Source: Trypanosoma brucei (taxonomy: Eukaryota). Taken from it: a stretch of DNA of 64,000 nucleotides. The first letter of the stretch is position 1, and each line of letters starts with the position of its first letter. Below, piece after piece: positions 21,767-32,835 of the stretch. The notes under the pieces were generated by a model. It did not search any database and was not told the origin of the DNA. It saw nothing but the letters and a program-made list of their open reading frames with translations. Position numbers and translations under genes: made by a program. The DNA lies in assembly GCA_000002445.1 (NCBI GenBank), contig CH464491.1:2272001-2336000 (forward strand). Reading direction: 5' to 3'.

Positions 21767-23032
21767 ATGGTGTTCATCCTCTTGGCATGCAGTGATATAT
21801 GCGGGAAGAAGGTAAATGTAACGTTGCCCTTCGAGAGGCCTCCCGAGTCACTCGATGAGCTTTACCGCGTCGTGGAGCAGTTGTTTCGTGGGGAGGAAAC
21901 GGATATAAAACGTACGGTCGACGGTGGCGAATACCGGACGCGCCCCTCTGAACCCTTTACCTGCCGTCGCATCCAGCGCTTCGATGATGAAACGAGAACT
22001 TGGGTGGAAGTAACAAGTGAGAAGCAGTTGGCCCCGTATGATCAATTGTATGTCTTTCGAAAGAACGCGACGCGAGCTGATATTTCCACTGAGCGGGAGC
22101 TACCGGAACCTCGCAGCAGCATTCACTTCCCCCAGACGGATGGCAGACTCAATGGGTTATACACTTCCAATGCCAACCGACGTGCCAGCACGGCAACGGT
22201 GAGTCATTTGACAAGCTCGCCGCACACGCCCACGACACAACAACAAACGGCCTCTTCGTCCCGCCGCGGTGGGGAGAGCCGCAGGTATAGTCTCTCCCGA
22301 GAGAGGGAAAAGAGTCGCGTTACAAGCAGCAGCTGCGTTCCTGAATGTATTGGTGGAAATGGTTCTCCGCAGGGGTTTGATATTAATGCGCGTGCTGATA
22401 AAGTGGTGAGGAAGCACGTAGAGGCTGTTTACTCCATTGGAGACGCATGCAAGAAAGGTTATCTAACCGCACGAGAGTTTCAGGGCATTTTTCGGTCCTG
22501 CCATATAGACTTCCCCTTCGATGCTATTGATGATATATATCGGGTGTTCGCTGATGACCGCGACGGGGATCGGGCCATGACAATTCGGAACTTCTACGAG
22601 TTCGCGCATAGTTTCAACCAAACTGTTAATATTGCTTATGCGCGCTTCAGCAACGAAAGGAGACAGCAAGTTGTGGAGCAGGAACAGCGTGGGGCGGAGT
22701 CTGCGCTTGAAGAACTGCAAAAGCAGAAACGAATACTTGAAGAGCGGTTGGAGGAAATGCAGAAGCAAATAGTTAAGGAGCAGGAGAGGCGGGCGCGTTT
22801 GCAGAATGAAGCAGATGAATTACGTATGTCCAGGGATCCGTCTTTGCGGGAAGAAGAACAACGATTACTCGAGAAGGAAGTGAGTGTGTTCCAATACAGG
22901 AAGAAACTTCTGCAAGAAGAAGTGGATTATGAGAAACTGGTAGCAGAGCGTCGTCGCCGGTCGGCGGCTGTAATGGGTCACACTAAAATGCTTCCCCAAA
23001 CATTCAAATATGGGTACGACATTCATGACTGA
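21767..23032 (+). CDS. Hypothetical protein, 421 aa, with a degenerate EF-hand-like segment and a C-terminal coiled coil
   Basis: ATG-initiated ORF on the + strand. The central segment LTAREFQGIFRSC...FADDRDGDRAMTIRNFYEF resembles an EF-hand helix-loop-helix but is not canonical. The C-terminal ~100 aa (EQEQRGAESALEELQKQKRILEERLEEMQKQ...) is coiled-coil-like. Confidence 0.55.
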   Translation: MVFILLACSDICGKKVNVTLPFERPPESLDELYRVVEQLFRGEETDIKRTVDGGEYRTRPSEPFTCRRIQRFDDETRTWVEVTSEKQLAPYDQLYVFRKNATRADISTERELPEPRSSIHFPQTDGRLNGLYTSNANRRASTATVSHLTSSPHTPTTQQQTASSSRRGGESRRYSLSREREKSRVTSSSCVPECIGGNGSPQGFDINARADKVVRKHVEAVYSIGDACKKGYLTAREFQGIFRSCHIDFPFDAIDDIYRVFADDRDGDRAMTIRNFYEFAHSFNQTVNIAYARFSNERRQQVVEQEQRGAESALEELQKQKRILEERLEEMQKQIVKEQERRARLQNEADELRMSRDPSLREEEQRLLEKEVSVFQYRKKLLQEEVDYEKLVAERRRRSAAVMGHTKMLPQTFKYGYDIHD

Positions 23033-23523
23033 ATGAAATCAAGTTCCTAAAGTAGGAGCGCTACCGTTGATAGCGTCGTTTGTTGTAACCCGATCTGGGC
23101 GAAGCTGGGTGCGCCTCATTATCGATACGAGAGAAATATCGGGAAGGAAGGCTTTCTTTTTTTTTTGTTTTTTGCCTCTCCTCTGTTACTGTTGGGCAGC
23201 AGCCCGTACCCATTTATGCGGTTTTGCGTCTCGTATTTTGTTTCTTTCTTTTGAGTCTCCTTTGGCATCATCGAGACCGCCAGAGATGAGGGTTACATGC
23301 AGCGCTTAGACTTTATTATGTGCCAACTGATTGTGCATATCAATTTTGCTGTGGCGTGCCCATGCGGTATTTCGGCCTATTTACACTTATATAGAAAGGG
23401 TTCCTCTTTGCTTCGTTTTTGTTTGTTTGTTTTTTGGGGGGTGATAGTGGTGCCAGTGTTGGTTCCACTTTCCGTGAAAATTTTTTTGTTGATAGATCGA
23501 AGTCTACTCGCAATTTACAAAAG

Positions 23524-23550
23524 TATATATATATATATATATATATATAT
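23524..23550. repeat. (TA)n microsatellite
   Basis: A TA dinucleotide run in the intergenic region. Confidence 0.9.
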
Positions 23551-24186
23551 CCATTTTTCTGACCCATAAATGCATTTATATGCTGTTCTTTCCGCCTCCT
23601 AAAATTTACCCTCGTGTAATTGTGCAACAACAGAATTCATGTGATGGTCTTAAACATCTTTCCCTTGCCTGGAACTCTGTTTTCGTCTTTTTTTTTCCTT
23701 GCGAGTATTGTCATATCGATATATGCCCACATCGGTGTGCACACTTCACAAAACGAGTGAGGGAGTGGTACTAAACTAACAACAATACTAACAAAAGGAA
23801 TAAATAGGAGTGCTAACAAGGGGGACGAGCCGCTTCTTGTGTGTGTGTGTGTTGTGGTTGTTTCGGAAGCTTCCGAAAGCAACAGTGGCATGCAGGTGTG
23901 TGGGCTCACTTGTGTTCGGCGTCCACCTCATTTTTTAAAAAAAACGAGGCAATTTTAGCGGTAAGGGGCTTCTGAAAATAAATAAACAATAATAGTAAAA
24001 GTACGTAGTTGTGCTTGAAAGTACATACCATAAGGTGTCCATATCCTTACTTTGGATAGTATTCGCTTCCATGATTGGTTCGCTGCGCACAGTGGCACGC
24101 ACAAACACACGCCTCGCAGAGTGTAATCCGGGCAGTGCACTAAAAATACACTCATTTGTTTATTCATTTGTTTCGGCCGTTGGCAC

Positions 24187-25647
24187 ATGATTCGCTTGAG
24201 CGAAGTTGTGCGCCGCGTGTTGCTTCACGCTTCAGGTGGACGTTCGTGTAGATCATTCAGAAATGGATGTGGTGTCGAGAACGACCACGAAAACGGCAAC
24301 GCGGACCTTTTATCGTTGCGCTCCACCCTGCCCAATCAAAATGACTTTTTCTTTTCACGTTCTTCAGCCTCAAACTGTTGTCGCCTTTGCGGGGAGGTGT
24401 CTCAAACAATTCTTTCACACACTGGTTCACAGGCACATGTTACGGTAGAGGCACTCATGTGGCTGTTGTTTCAGAGAGCGAGACAATATAAGGATGGAGC
24501 TGTTGGTGTTTCTCCAACTGCAGCACGAAATTTTTTTGTTGAGGAGGCCAGAAGGTGGGAGGGAATACTGCAGTGTTCCTTAGTTAACCAGCGCTCGTCA
24601 TCACTTCATGCCATTACTGAGGATGGGTCACCTTGTCTTGAAGAATCTGCCGTGTATCATGGGGATCCCGCAACACTTTGGAAAGAGGTTGCTGAAAAAA
24701 GTGCGTTACGGCTGCAGAGTCAAATCCGCGTCTTGGGTAAACTTGGTGTGCTGAACGTTGTAGATTCCCTCTTTACAACGGCAAGCTCTGGTGGCTTGCA
24801 GCGTGACGCTGCTTTTCAGCGGATGGAGTGCATTGGTGATCACAATTGGGGGCATTCTGTTTGTCGTCGTATCGTGCTTCTTTTTCCAGAGGTTAACTGG
24901 CGGGCAAATTCAAATGTTTTGGTGATGGATGCATTACGGACGGTTCTTGAGTGTAATCAGCACCTGGTTCATGTTTTCACCTTGCTGCAGCTTAGCGACA
25001 AGCTAGGAGGCAGAGATGTGAAGGAAAAATCAGTGAAATTTAAAGCTGATATTGTTGAGGCGATTATTGGTGAATTGCACGTGGCATTATGGTCTTTGCA
25101 GTCTAGCACTAACGACGGTTTCACATCTATACCCTCAATTCACGGGGCTCCTTATACCATTCCTTTAGTTTCTATGGTGGAAGAGTGTTTAGATGGCATC
25201 GTGGGTCTTGTTATTCTTGCATTGATGGCGCGGTATGCCGCGTCCCTCGTGCCTGCCGTTGTGGATCTTGTCCGACGTGAGAAGTATCTGCTGGATGTGT
25301 CGTGCCCCTTTTATACGTTACGTAAGCGGCGGGAACGGTTCCGACAGGACGAACACGCCATGCGATGGTTATTGCCCCCGCACCCACCACTGCAGCAGCA
25401 GAGGCAGGAGTTGTTGAAGGGACCGCGGAGTTCTGTTGACACGTGCGTGAACGAGTGGAACCTTTCGAATACCAATCCTGTTGGTGATGTACTAGCCAAT
25501 GCCTCAGGTGGAGAAAATATGGCTCTAACAAATGCAATGGAGAAGCGGACCCCGACTGGGGTGGTTTGTTGGACGAAAAAGATTTTTTTCTCTGAAATGG
25601 CAGATTTCTATGGTTTGCTTCGCCTTCCGGGTGGGCAGCCGCCCTGA
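24187..25647 (+). CDS. RNase III-domain protein (possibly mitochondrial)
   Basis: RNase III signature-like block QRMECIGDHNWG (compare ERLEFLGDA) and a downstream block KADIVEAIIGELHVAL (compare DxxEAxxGAxxxD), with the catalytic E/D positions apparently retained. The N-terminus MIRLSEVVRRVLLHASGGRSCRSFRNG is Arg-rich, amphipathic and presequence-like. Confidence 0.5.
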   Translation: MIRLSEVVRRVLLHASGGRSCRSFRNGCGVENDHENGNADLLSLRSTLPNQNDFFFSRSSASNCCRLCGEVSQTILSHTGSQAHVTVEALMWLLFQRARQYKDGAVGVSPTAARNFFVEEARRWEGILQCSLVNQRSSSLHAITEDGSPCLEESAVYHGDPATLWKEVAEKSALRLQSQIRVLGKLGVLNVVDSLFTTASSGGLQRDAAFQRMECIGDHNWGHSVCRRIVLLFPEVNWRANSNVLVMDALRTVLECNQHLVHVFTLLQLSDKLGGRDVKEKSVKFKADIVEAIIGELHVALWSLQSSTNDGFTSIPSIHGAPYTIPLVSMVEECLDGIVGLVILALMARYAASLVPAVVDLVRREKYLLDVSCPFYTLRKRRERFRQDEHAMRWLLPPHPPLQQQRQELLKGPRSSVDTCVNEWNLSNTNPVGDVLANASGGENMALTNAMEKRTPTGVVCWTKKIFFSEMADFYGLLRLPGGQPP

Positions 25648-26013
25648 AGTGTACATTGTGTTGTTGTTTTTTCTTCTTTTCCGAGCGAGGGAACAAAATA
25701 TTATGGGGGAAGATCTGTCTAAAGGTAGAGAGGTCGGCGGGGCTGGTGTGCTAACTGAAAATTTTTTCTTTATTTTTCGCTTTCTCTTGTTGGCTTTCTT
25801 CCTCATTTATACGTATTTGCGAGGCCGTCAGGGATTAAAGTACGGGCGTCCTTTCACATCCCCAAAACAAAGGAGAGAGTGTACAAGGAGAATTCATCTG
25901 TGGGACCAAAGCTGAGCGCTCCCAACGACTGCGAAGTTGAACCGCAACAACGTGGAGGAAAGGAGTGAATCCAACCTGTGGTGAGGGAAAGCAGCACAAG
26001 AAGAAACAACACA

Positions 26014-28050
26014 ATGTCACAACTGCCGTTAATTCATACGCAACAAAAAAGTACGACACGCTACTGTCCATCGGGGGATGAAAACTCGGTTGCAGTGTTC
26101 CGCCCCAAGCTTCCTTTCTTGTCTGAGGTAAACTCATGCGCTTTAGTGGTTGCATCCTCTCGTTCGCAAGGCCGCAGTGTGTCACGATCGACTTCGGAGG
26201 GTGGTCAGTTAACTTCCGCGTCACGCCTTTCTTGGTTGTTGGAGCGACGCGCTACAGCACGACCTGCCACGGGGCGGTCATTGCAATGGGTAGAACTCAT
26301 GGAGAGACAGGGGCGCCAGCTCATAAAGGCCATAGCTTACTCAACTTCACCTGTTCGTTGTTATTTTATGGCCGGAGACGACGAGGGTTGCTTTCTGCCT
26401 TCATTGTGCGAACCGTGGCCTCCTACACTAACCACAGAAGATGAGCTCAATCAAATGATCAAAAGAGCTTCCGTCAAGGCTAAGGAGCACATTTTTGCTG
26501 ATCGTTGGTTTGGCGAGGGAAAGCAATGTGCTAAAGAACCCCTAGCAAATACAGACGCCTTCAAGAGCGTGGAGGAGAGTCAGATGGATATAATGAGGGA
26601 ATTCGTGGATTTGAGGAGTAGTGTGTGTAGTGAGTTCTTGAAACAAGTAGAGATACGGCGCTCTCTAATAGATCTGGTAAAAAAAGAGAAAGAAGCGAGG
26701 GTTGCCATGCTCGGTGAATTTATCTCATGCTGTCCTCCACATCCGTGTCGCTGCCTTTTATTGGACATGGAGGTTTTAGAGGAATCCGCCATCCCACTTG
26801 AGCCTGCAGTCGGTATTACCTGTCTGTACACTTCCATTGTGATTGGGGGACACGAAACCCTGGAGGAGACGTTGCTACAACAGCGGGAGGTGGAACTTCA
26901 AGTGCTTTATGATCAACACCGTTTTTTTATTGATGCTCAGAAGGTTCTCACCGACGTCCGGAATCGGGAGCACGAACGCTTTGAATCCATGATGGCCTAT
27001 TTTGCATTCGCCCTCAGGTTACTTCGGGAACGTGAGGCGCTCTCAGTGGAAACAACAACTCCACCCGGATGTGACGAAGGCCCACGTGAAACGAAAACAA
27101 GGGGCAAACGTTTTCATATGAACTATTACAAATACCTGCATGTACTTGGCACCATAGAGGTGGAGGAAGGGGCACGCGGGCGGATTTGTGCGGGAGAGTT
27201 CACAGAAATTCGTCATATCTTGTATCATTTTGAGAGAAAATGCCGCAGTAGTATTGTTTCGACTGAGGAACTGGAACGGCAGCGCTTGCTCCTCAATACC
27301 GAGATGCAGCAGCGGTTATCTATTCAGAATGCCGAAGAATTGGCACTCAATGAGACAGTATGTCCTCGTAGCTTCCAGGAACTAATCGAGACACTCATGA
27401 AGAAAGAACGTGAGGAGTGGCAGCGAGCCCTCGAAGAGGCGCGCATCACACGGTCCATTGAGTTGGTTTGTGAATACGAGGTGTATCGGCGGCGTGAAAT
27501 TGGTTTGTTTGAACAACAGCTGCGGGCGTGTGCTCGATTCTTATTTCTGAATACCACCGATGGTGCTGGTAGGATTACTGTAGAGCGATGGATGCGCGAA
27601 CATGAGGTTCTAGTAGTGCAGCGGGAGGAGGCCGCCTTGAGGAAACGTATCGTGGAGTCGGAGGATCAGGCGCTCACCACATGGATCACAGCGCATAGGT
27701 GGATGGTGGATCATGACCGCCACCTTCAGAGTATAGCAAAAGAGAAGGAGGATAGGCGCGCAGTGGACCGTGTCATTGCGGAGGAGTGTGCTGCACGTGG
27801 CGTCGTGGAGTCTCTTTGGGCAGGTGAGCATTACGTGCTCTTCGGGGAAGTGATTCGCGTTCCTGAGGGCATTTATAAGTTTCCAGAGGGTAGACAAAGT
27901 GGTGAGGGGAGAGAGAGCAGCTGCGGTGACGGGGAAAGCACCTCTCGTGGGTTAGACATTCGTCAAGTTGTTATCGCCAACCTCGGGGAATTTTTTAACG
28001 ATCGAGCACTCTTGGGCTTTTTCGATAGGCGCCCCGTTTCACCTATTTGA
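26014..28050 (+). CDS. Hypothetical coiled-coil protein (~678 aa from first ATG; ORF-track start 25978 is a GTG)
   Basis: Long ORF on the + strand. Its second half is rich in E/R/L heptad-like repeats (EREEWQRALEEARI...). No catalytic motif recognised. Confidence 0.55.
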   Translation: MSQLPLIHTQQKSTTRYCPSGDENSVAVFRPKLPFLSEVNSCALVVASSRSQGRSVSRSTSEGGQLTSASRLSWLLERRATARPATGRSLQWVELMERQGRQLIKAIAYSTSPVRCYFMAGDDEGCFLPSLCEPWPPTLTTEDELNQMIKRASVKAKEHIFADRWFGEGKQCAKEPLANTDAFKSVEESQMDIMREFVDLRSSVCSEFLKQVEIRRSLIDLVKKEKEARVAMLGEFISCCPPHPCRCLLLDMEVLEESAIPLEPAVGITCLYTSIVIGGHETLEETLLQQREVELQVLYDQHRFFIDAQKVLTDVRNREHERFESMMAYFAFALRLLREREALSVETTTPPGCDEGPRETKTRGKRFHMNYYKYLHVLGTIEVEEGARGRICAGEFTEIRHILYHFERKCRSSIVSTEELERQRLLLNTEMQQRLSIQNAEELALNETVCPRSFQELIETLMKKEREEWQRALEEARITRSIELVCEYEVYRRREIGLFEQQLRACARFLFLNTTDGAGRITVERWMREHEVLVVQREEAALRKRIVESEDQALTTWITAHRWMVDHDRHLQSIAKEKEDRRAVDRVIAEECAARGVVESLWAGEHYVLFGEVIRVPEGIYKFPEGRQSGEGRESSCGDGESTSRGLDIRQVVIANLGEFFNDRALLGFFDRRPVSPI

Positions 28051-29087
28051 TGTAACGGTGTAACCGCGCGGTGTTGCTGACTACGCCGTGACTCAATGGA
28101 TTGAAGGCGGTTGCAGCGGTTCTTTCGTTCACGTGCAATGCAACTGACGGCTAAGGGAGACTCTCACGCTATAAGTTCGGCAAGGAACTTGTGCCTCCTG
28201 TTTACGGTTGACTGTGGCGCTACGCGTGCGGTGTGGCAGCAGTGGATGCCCTCGTGGGATCAGCGCAGGGTCTGGCACAGACTTTATTTTTTGCTTAAGA
28301 TCCTTCTTTGTGTGCGCTTGAAGTGCCACCTCTTTGCTTCGGAACAAGACAGGGACACTAATAGCTTTGCTGACACACACATACCCCCCCCCCATATACA
28401 TATATATATATATATATGCGTGCCGGGGAGTGGGCGGTTTACATGTGAAGGGAAGGTGCACTTCCCTTCACAAGTACCTTGCAACGAACGTTAGTTGGTC
28501 TATATAAAGGAGAGCAGGATGTGGTTCATTCGTATTTTACTTCCTTTCGAAGCTGCCTGGATGCTGCTTGTTTGGTGCCGCGCGGGCCGTGAGGCATGTA
28601 TCGCAGGGGCGACCTCGCCAGTTCCAGCGTGACTTTGTTTTTTGTAGGTGATTGTTCACTTTTACGTAATGTATATTCTCTTTGTTTCTTGTTGTTTTTT
28701 TTACTCCTTCGCTCTAGTAATAGGGAGGAGCTGGTGAAACAACTTAACAAACATGTTGTACAAACCGAACTGCGTGACCAAGCCTGACATGTTAACCCCA
28801 GCTCCATCTCCCAAATAAACTCTCGAATGTGTGACGCTGGCGTACCACTTTATGACTTTTCTTCCTCCGTATCTCTTCTATTTATATTTTTTGGTTTGAT
28901 TTTGATGTGCGATCGTTCGGTAAACAGGCGGAAGGCAAGTGGATTACGAGCCGAGCGCTTGTCAACTGCTTATTTCCCCTATCCCCACATTTATTAGTTA
29001 GTCTCAGTTTATTTGTTTGCGTGGTAAAGTACACGGGGCACCAGTAGGAGGGGGGAGAGTTGTGAAGCAGCAGGCGAGAAGTGGGAT

Positions 29088-29486
29088 ATGGCTGGCATAA
29101 ACACGGTTGTATCAGCTACACCATCCCTTTACGCCGTGTTGGGCGTTGCCCCCACTGTTAGCCAAGCGGAGTTGACGCGTCAATTTAAGCGGCTCTCCCT
29201 TCAGCTGCACCCCGATCGCGCGGCTTACCGCACTGGAGAAAATGAAACTGAGGTGCAGCGGCAGTACCAGAGTATTGTGGAAGCTTATGAGGTGTTGTCC
29301 AATCCGGACCACCGCAGGTCGTACGACACGAAATGTGGCGTGAACTTTTCTGCAAGGGTGGCTGCTCTTCGCCAAACGCTGGCACAGAATGAAGTTATGC
29401 CTGTGGTCAACTGTCCCACGGAACCCACCTCTGCAGAAACTGTACAAGTTACTGAAGATGAAGATGACGAAGAATACACACCCTAA
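29088..29486 (+). CDS. Small J-domain (DnaJ) protein, 132 aa, with acidic C-terminal tail
   Basis: J-domain consensus read directly from the translation: YAVLGV..SQAELTRQFKRLSLQLHPDRA...VEAYEVLSNPDHRRSYD, with the HPD tripeptide. There are no zinc-finger or G/F regions, so this is a type III J-protein. Confidence 0.85.
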   Translation: MAGINTVVSATPSLYAVLGVAPTVSQAELTRQFKRLSLQLHPDRAAYRTGENETEVQRQYQSIVEAYEVLSNPDHRRSYDTKCGVNFSARVAALRQTLAQNEVMPVVNCPTEPTSAETVQVTEDEDDEEYTP

Positions 29487-30245
29487 CCGGGGTGGAACAT
29501 GCTTTTGTGTGTTTGAAGAAGCGGGCCGTCATCGAAAGGAGGTGCGTGGGTGTGTGTGGGGGGGGGGGGGGATGGACCCGTTGTCGAGGATAACATGACC
29601 GTTGTTTCCAAAGAGAGAGAGTGTGTGAAAGGGGATTGATAGAAGCCAATTCACAGCAGACGTAGCTTCAGTGTGCTATTGCTTTTATCTATGGGAAGCT
29701 GTTGGGCGGTCGTGAAGGACGTTGAATGGCGACTCTTTGGATTTGTCCCATGTTTTGCTTGCGTACATTGTCGGGAAAGCTGTGAAAGGGATTCTTGTAG
29801 GTTCAATGCTTCAGGAAACTCTCCCCGTGGAGGATTCGGTGGCGTCGCACAATTTTTCTACTGGTGAACTGAAAAGTATTTCATCCTGCCGTGGCACCAT
29901 CGGCTTCCATCAAACCACTGATATGCCGTGTGGACTGTAGTTTTCGCAACCACCGCAAGTTCAAATTGACTTTGCTGTCCATTTGTTCCCTTTTTCCTTA
30001 CTCATCTTCTGAGTTGCATGTTCTCCACTCGACTGTTACAATTTGATTCCGTATTTTCCCCCCCTTCACATTCAATACACATTTTGGAGTTAAACAACGA
30101 CCTTGTGCGCAGTGCTTTTAAAGTGAACTAAGCACAGTGACTCGATAGTGCACGGGGCACATAACCTGTGTAAGTAGTAGACGCGACACACACACATATA
30201 TATACATATATATATATTAAAATTTTCAACGAAGCATCCGCAACC

Positions 30246-31031
30246 ATGTTTTGTGGCTCTAGGATGTTCCTCTCGAGGGCGGCCACCGTCATGTCCTTTA
30301 CGCTCAGTGAGTATGTCGGATACCCCAAATCAGCACTATGGGCAACACTCACCCTCAATCGTGAGTCTGCACGCCACCCGTGGGAAATAGAAATGCACAA
30401 AAGTAAGGCGAAGATTTACCTTAATGCCCTTCCCAAAACTCTTCTTGAAGAATCGGTGTTGGCACGGGAGTTGCTATGCGATAATATCTCACGACCCGGT
30501 TTGCACACTGCACAGATCTTATCCGTGAACGGTGTGGCTGCAGACACCATTCACTTGGTGCGACGCGCGATGAATTCTTCCAATGTGCTTGAGCTACAGT
30601 TGCTGATTCGTTCCAGGGATCTCTCCAAGTCTCAGAAATTCATGAAGGGAAAAGTGAGGAAAGGGAGCAGGATTTTGGCAGAGGGTCACAAGGCAGGCGT
30701 TGAAACTGATGGTGCGACTGAAGAAAAAGTTGCAGGTGGTGCCCGAAGGGGAAGAGGGAGGCCGAGATCTGATTCGAGGGTAAGGATGGCTGAGCCACCG
30801 CTTGTTTCCCCACCCGTCTCTTCAGCAAATATCACAGGAGCGCCCTTATTGGCGCGGTGGCCTGCAGACGTCACGGATCAAAAGAGTCGAAGAGGAAAGA
30901 AACCATCAGACCTAACTAAAGTCAGTCCTCTCTTTTCACCTGCCGTTTCCCCCGGTGTCAGCATTGTGCCAGATAAAGAGGTCGCTCCACCGCCTGCTGA
31001 ATCAGATGAAGTGGAGCAGTATCACCTTTAA
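30246..31031 (+). CDS. Hypothetical basic protein, 261 aa, with an AT-hook-like GRGRPR motif and an S/P-rich C-terminus
   Basis: ATG-initiated ORF. The motif GGARRGRGRPRSDSR matches the AT-hook core R-G-R-P. The C-terminus has SP/SPxxSP repeats (SPLFSPAVSPGVS). No other domain seen. Confidence 0.5.
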   Translation: MFCGSRMFLSRAATVMSFTLSEYVGYPKSALWATLTLNRESARHPWEIEMHKSKAKIYLNALPKTLLEESVLARELLCDNISRPGLHTAQILSVNGVAADTIHLVRRAMNSSNVLELQLLIRSRDLSKSQKFMKGKVRKGSRILAEGHKAGVETDGATEEKVAGGARRGRGRPRSDSRVRMAEPPLVSPPVSSANITGAPLLARWPADVTDQKSRRGKKPSDLTKVSPLFSPAVSPGVSIVPDKEVAPPPAESDEVEQYHL

Positions 31032-32835
31032 AGCATATTTCGTGGGGCTAGCCTCATGGTTTGCTACGTTTTTTTTTATATTTGTGTTTTCCCCACCTTC
31101 TTAGTTCGTGCAAGTGAGAGTAAGTGCTTTGTGTAAGCATGAGTGGGAAGCGCACCTGCTTTTTCTTTCCTGTTTTCTTTTTTGCTTTTGTACATTTATT
31201 CACGTTCTGTCTTGGTCATATTTTTCATCTATTCTTGTACCGTAGATATTATGCACTACTTCGATTTCCAAAACTTTTGTTTTTTTTCTTTGAATCTATT
31301 TTTATGTGTGTGTGTGTGTGTGCTCATGGGTTCATGGGTTTTGTTGTTTCTTGCAAAACTACTTGGCGGAACTTCAGTTACCCACTTGTGCGACGGCACG
31401 ACGCCTGAAAGTGTGGGTATAAAAGGGAATAGGGGGGGGGAAGTAGTTCAACCGAAAGAAGTTCAACACCACGAGCAAAGTGTCATTATTATTATTATTA
31501 CTTTACCCTTTTTTTTTCCTTTTATTTCCCTTATTTTATTACCTTTTTAAAAAAATTCTCAATTCCTTCATTATGCAGTAGATGATTCCTCCGTCGTGTT
31601 GTGTGTTTTTATGAAGGCGGTTGAAAGAAAAGAAGTCAGTCAAGGGAAATAATGGAAATAAAAGGAAAGGAAATGAAGCGCACGTCACAACACTGGAGGG
31701 ATAGGTTACTGAATGAAATAGTGAGTATATCTACGTACGTGCATGTATTAGTATATATTTATTTATTTCAACGTATGTTATTAGTACCTCACAACTCGAC
31801 CGCACTGCTCCTTCAGACAAGCACTCCTTTGCGAATTTTTTTTCTGAAAGTTTGATGTATGCGTGTTTGTGTGCGTGCGTGGGTGGGAACGTGTTGTTAA
31901 TTCGTTCGGTTGCGCGTTGGTGGTTGGGCGACGCGACTATTACTTTTGCGCGTTTACTTTTTTTTTGTTTTTTGTAAGCTCCTCTCGCCTTCCACAGCTT
32001 CCCCCCTTTTCCCTCCCAAAACGTACACACGTGATTGAAGGCGGTAGATTCTCCCGTCACACATGTTCCTGCAGCACATGCCATTAAACTCCCAACAGCA
32101 CTACGCGACACGCTTCGCCTTTACAGCAACGGAAGCGGGATGTCTCTCTGGTGACAATTACTGTTGCCCTTATATCCAACAAATGTTTGTGTGCTATGTG
32201 TATCTTTAATGCTTCTTTTTTCCTTTCTTGCCTATTTGATCGTTGTTTATTAGCATTGTTTGCTTAATTTTCACTTATTGCTTTTTTTTTCCCCCCATAC
32301 GATCGCGTGCGCGGTCCGTGGAAGTAGAGTACAATTCTTCCATAATAGCTTCAAAGAAGGACATTATTAATACGCAATGGAATTAAACTCGTGAACGGCT
32401 TATGTCGCTTACTGAATTTCCATTCCCGTGCCGGGTGGTTATGACTCGTAATATAAGGAGGGAAAACTGCACGACGAGGTGAGGTCCGGTAATGACAAAT
32501 TCGTTTCAAATATATTTTAGTTGGCTCCTCAACTTACCGGAGTTTGTGGAAAATGGCGAAAAGGTCTCGGTAATCTGTTGGAGTGGATTTGTTGAGAAGA
32601 GGCCGGCGATTTTCTCCGCGAACGTCTCGATGAGTTTGGTAGGAGGAGATGTCTTCTACCTCACTTTTACGTTAGGGTTTAAACATTTTACTCTTTATTC
32701 TTGTGAAGCTGTTGTTGTTGCTGTTGTTGCTATGGTGTGTCCTAAACTATAAATTCGTGATAGTTGACTTCGGTTGAAACGTAATATTACGTAACTATTA
32801 TATCACTCTTTTTCCCCCACTCACCGTCTCGCCGC

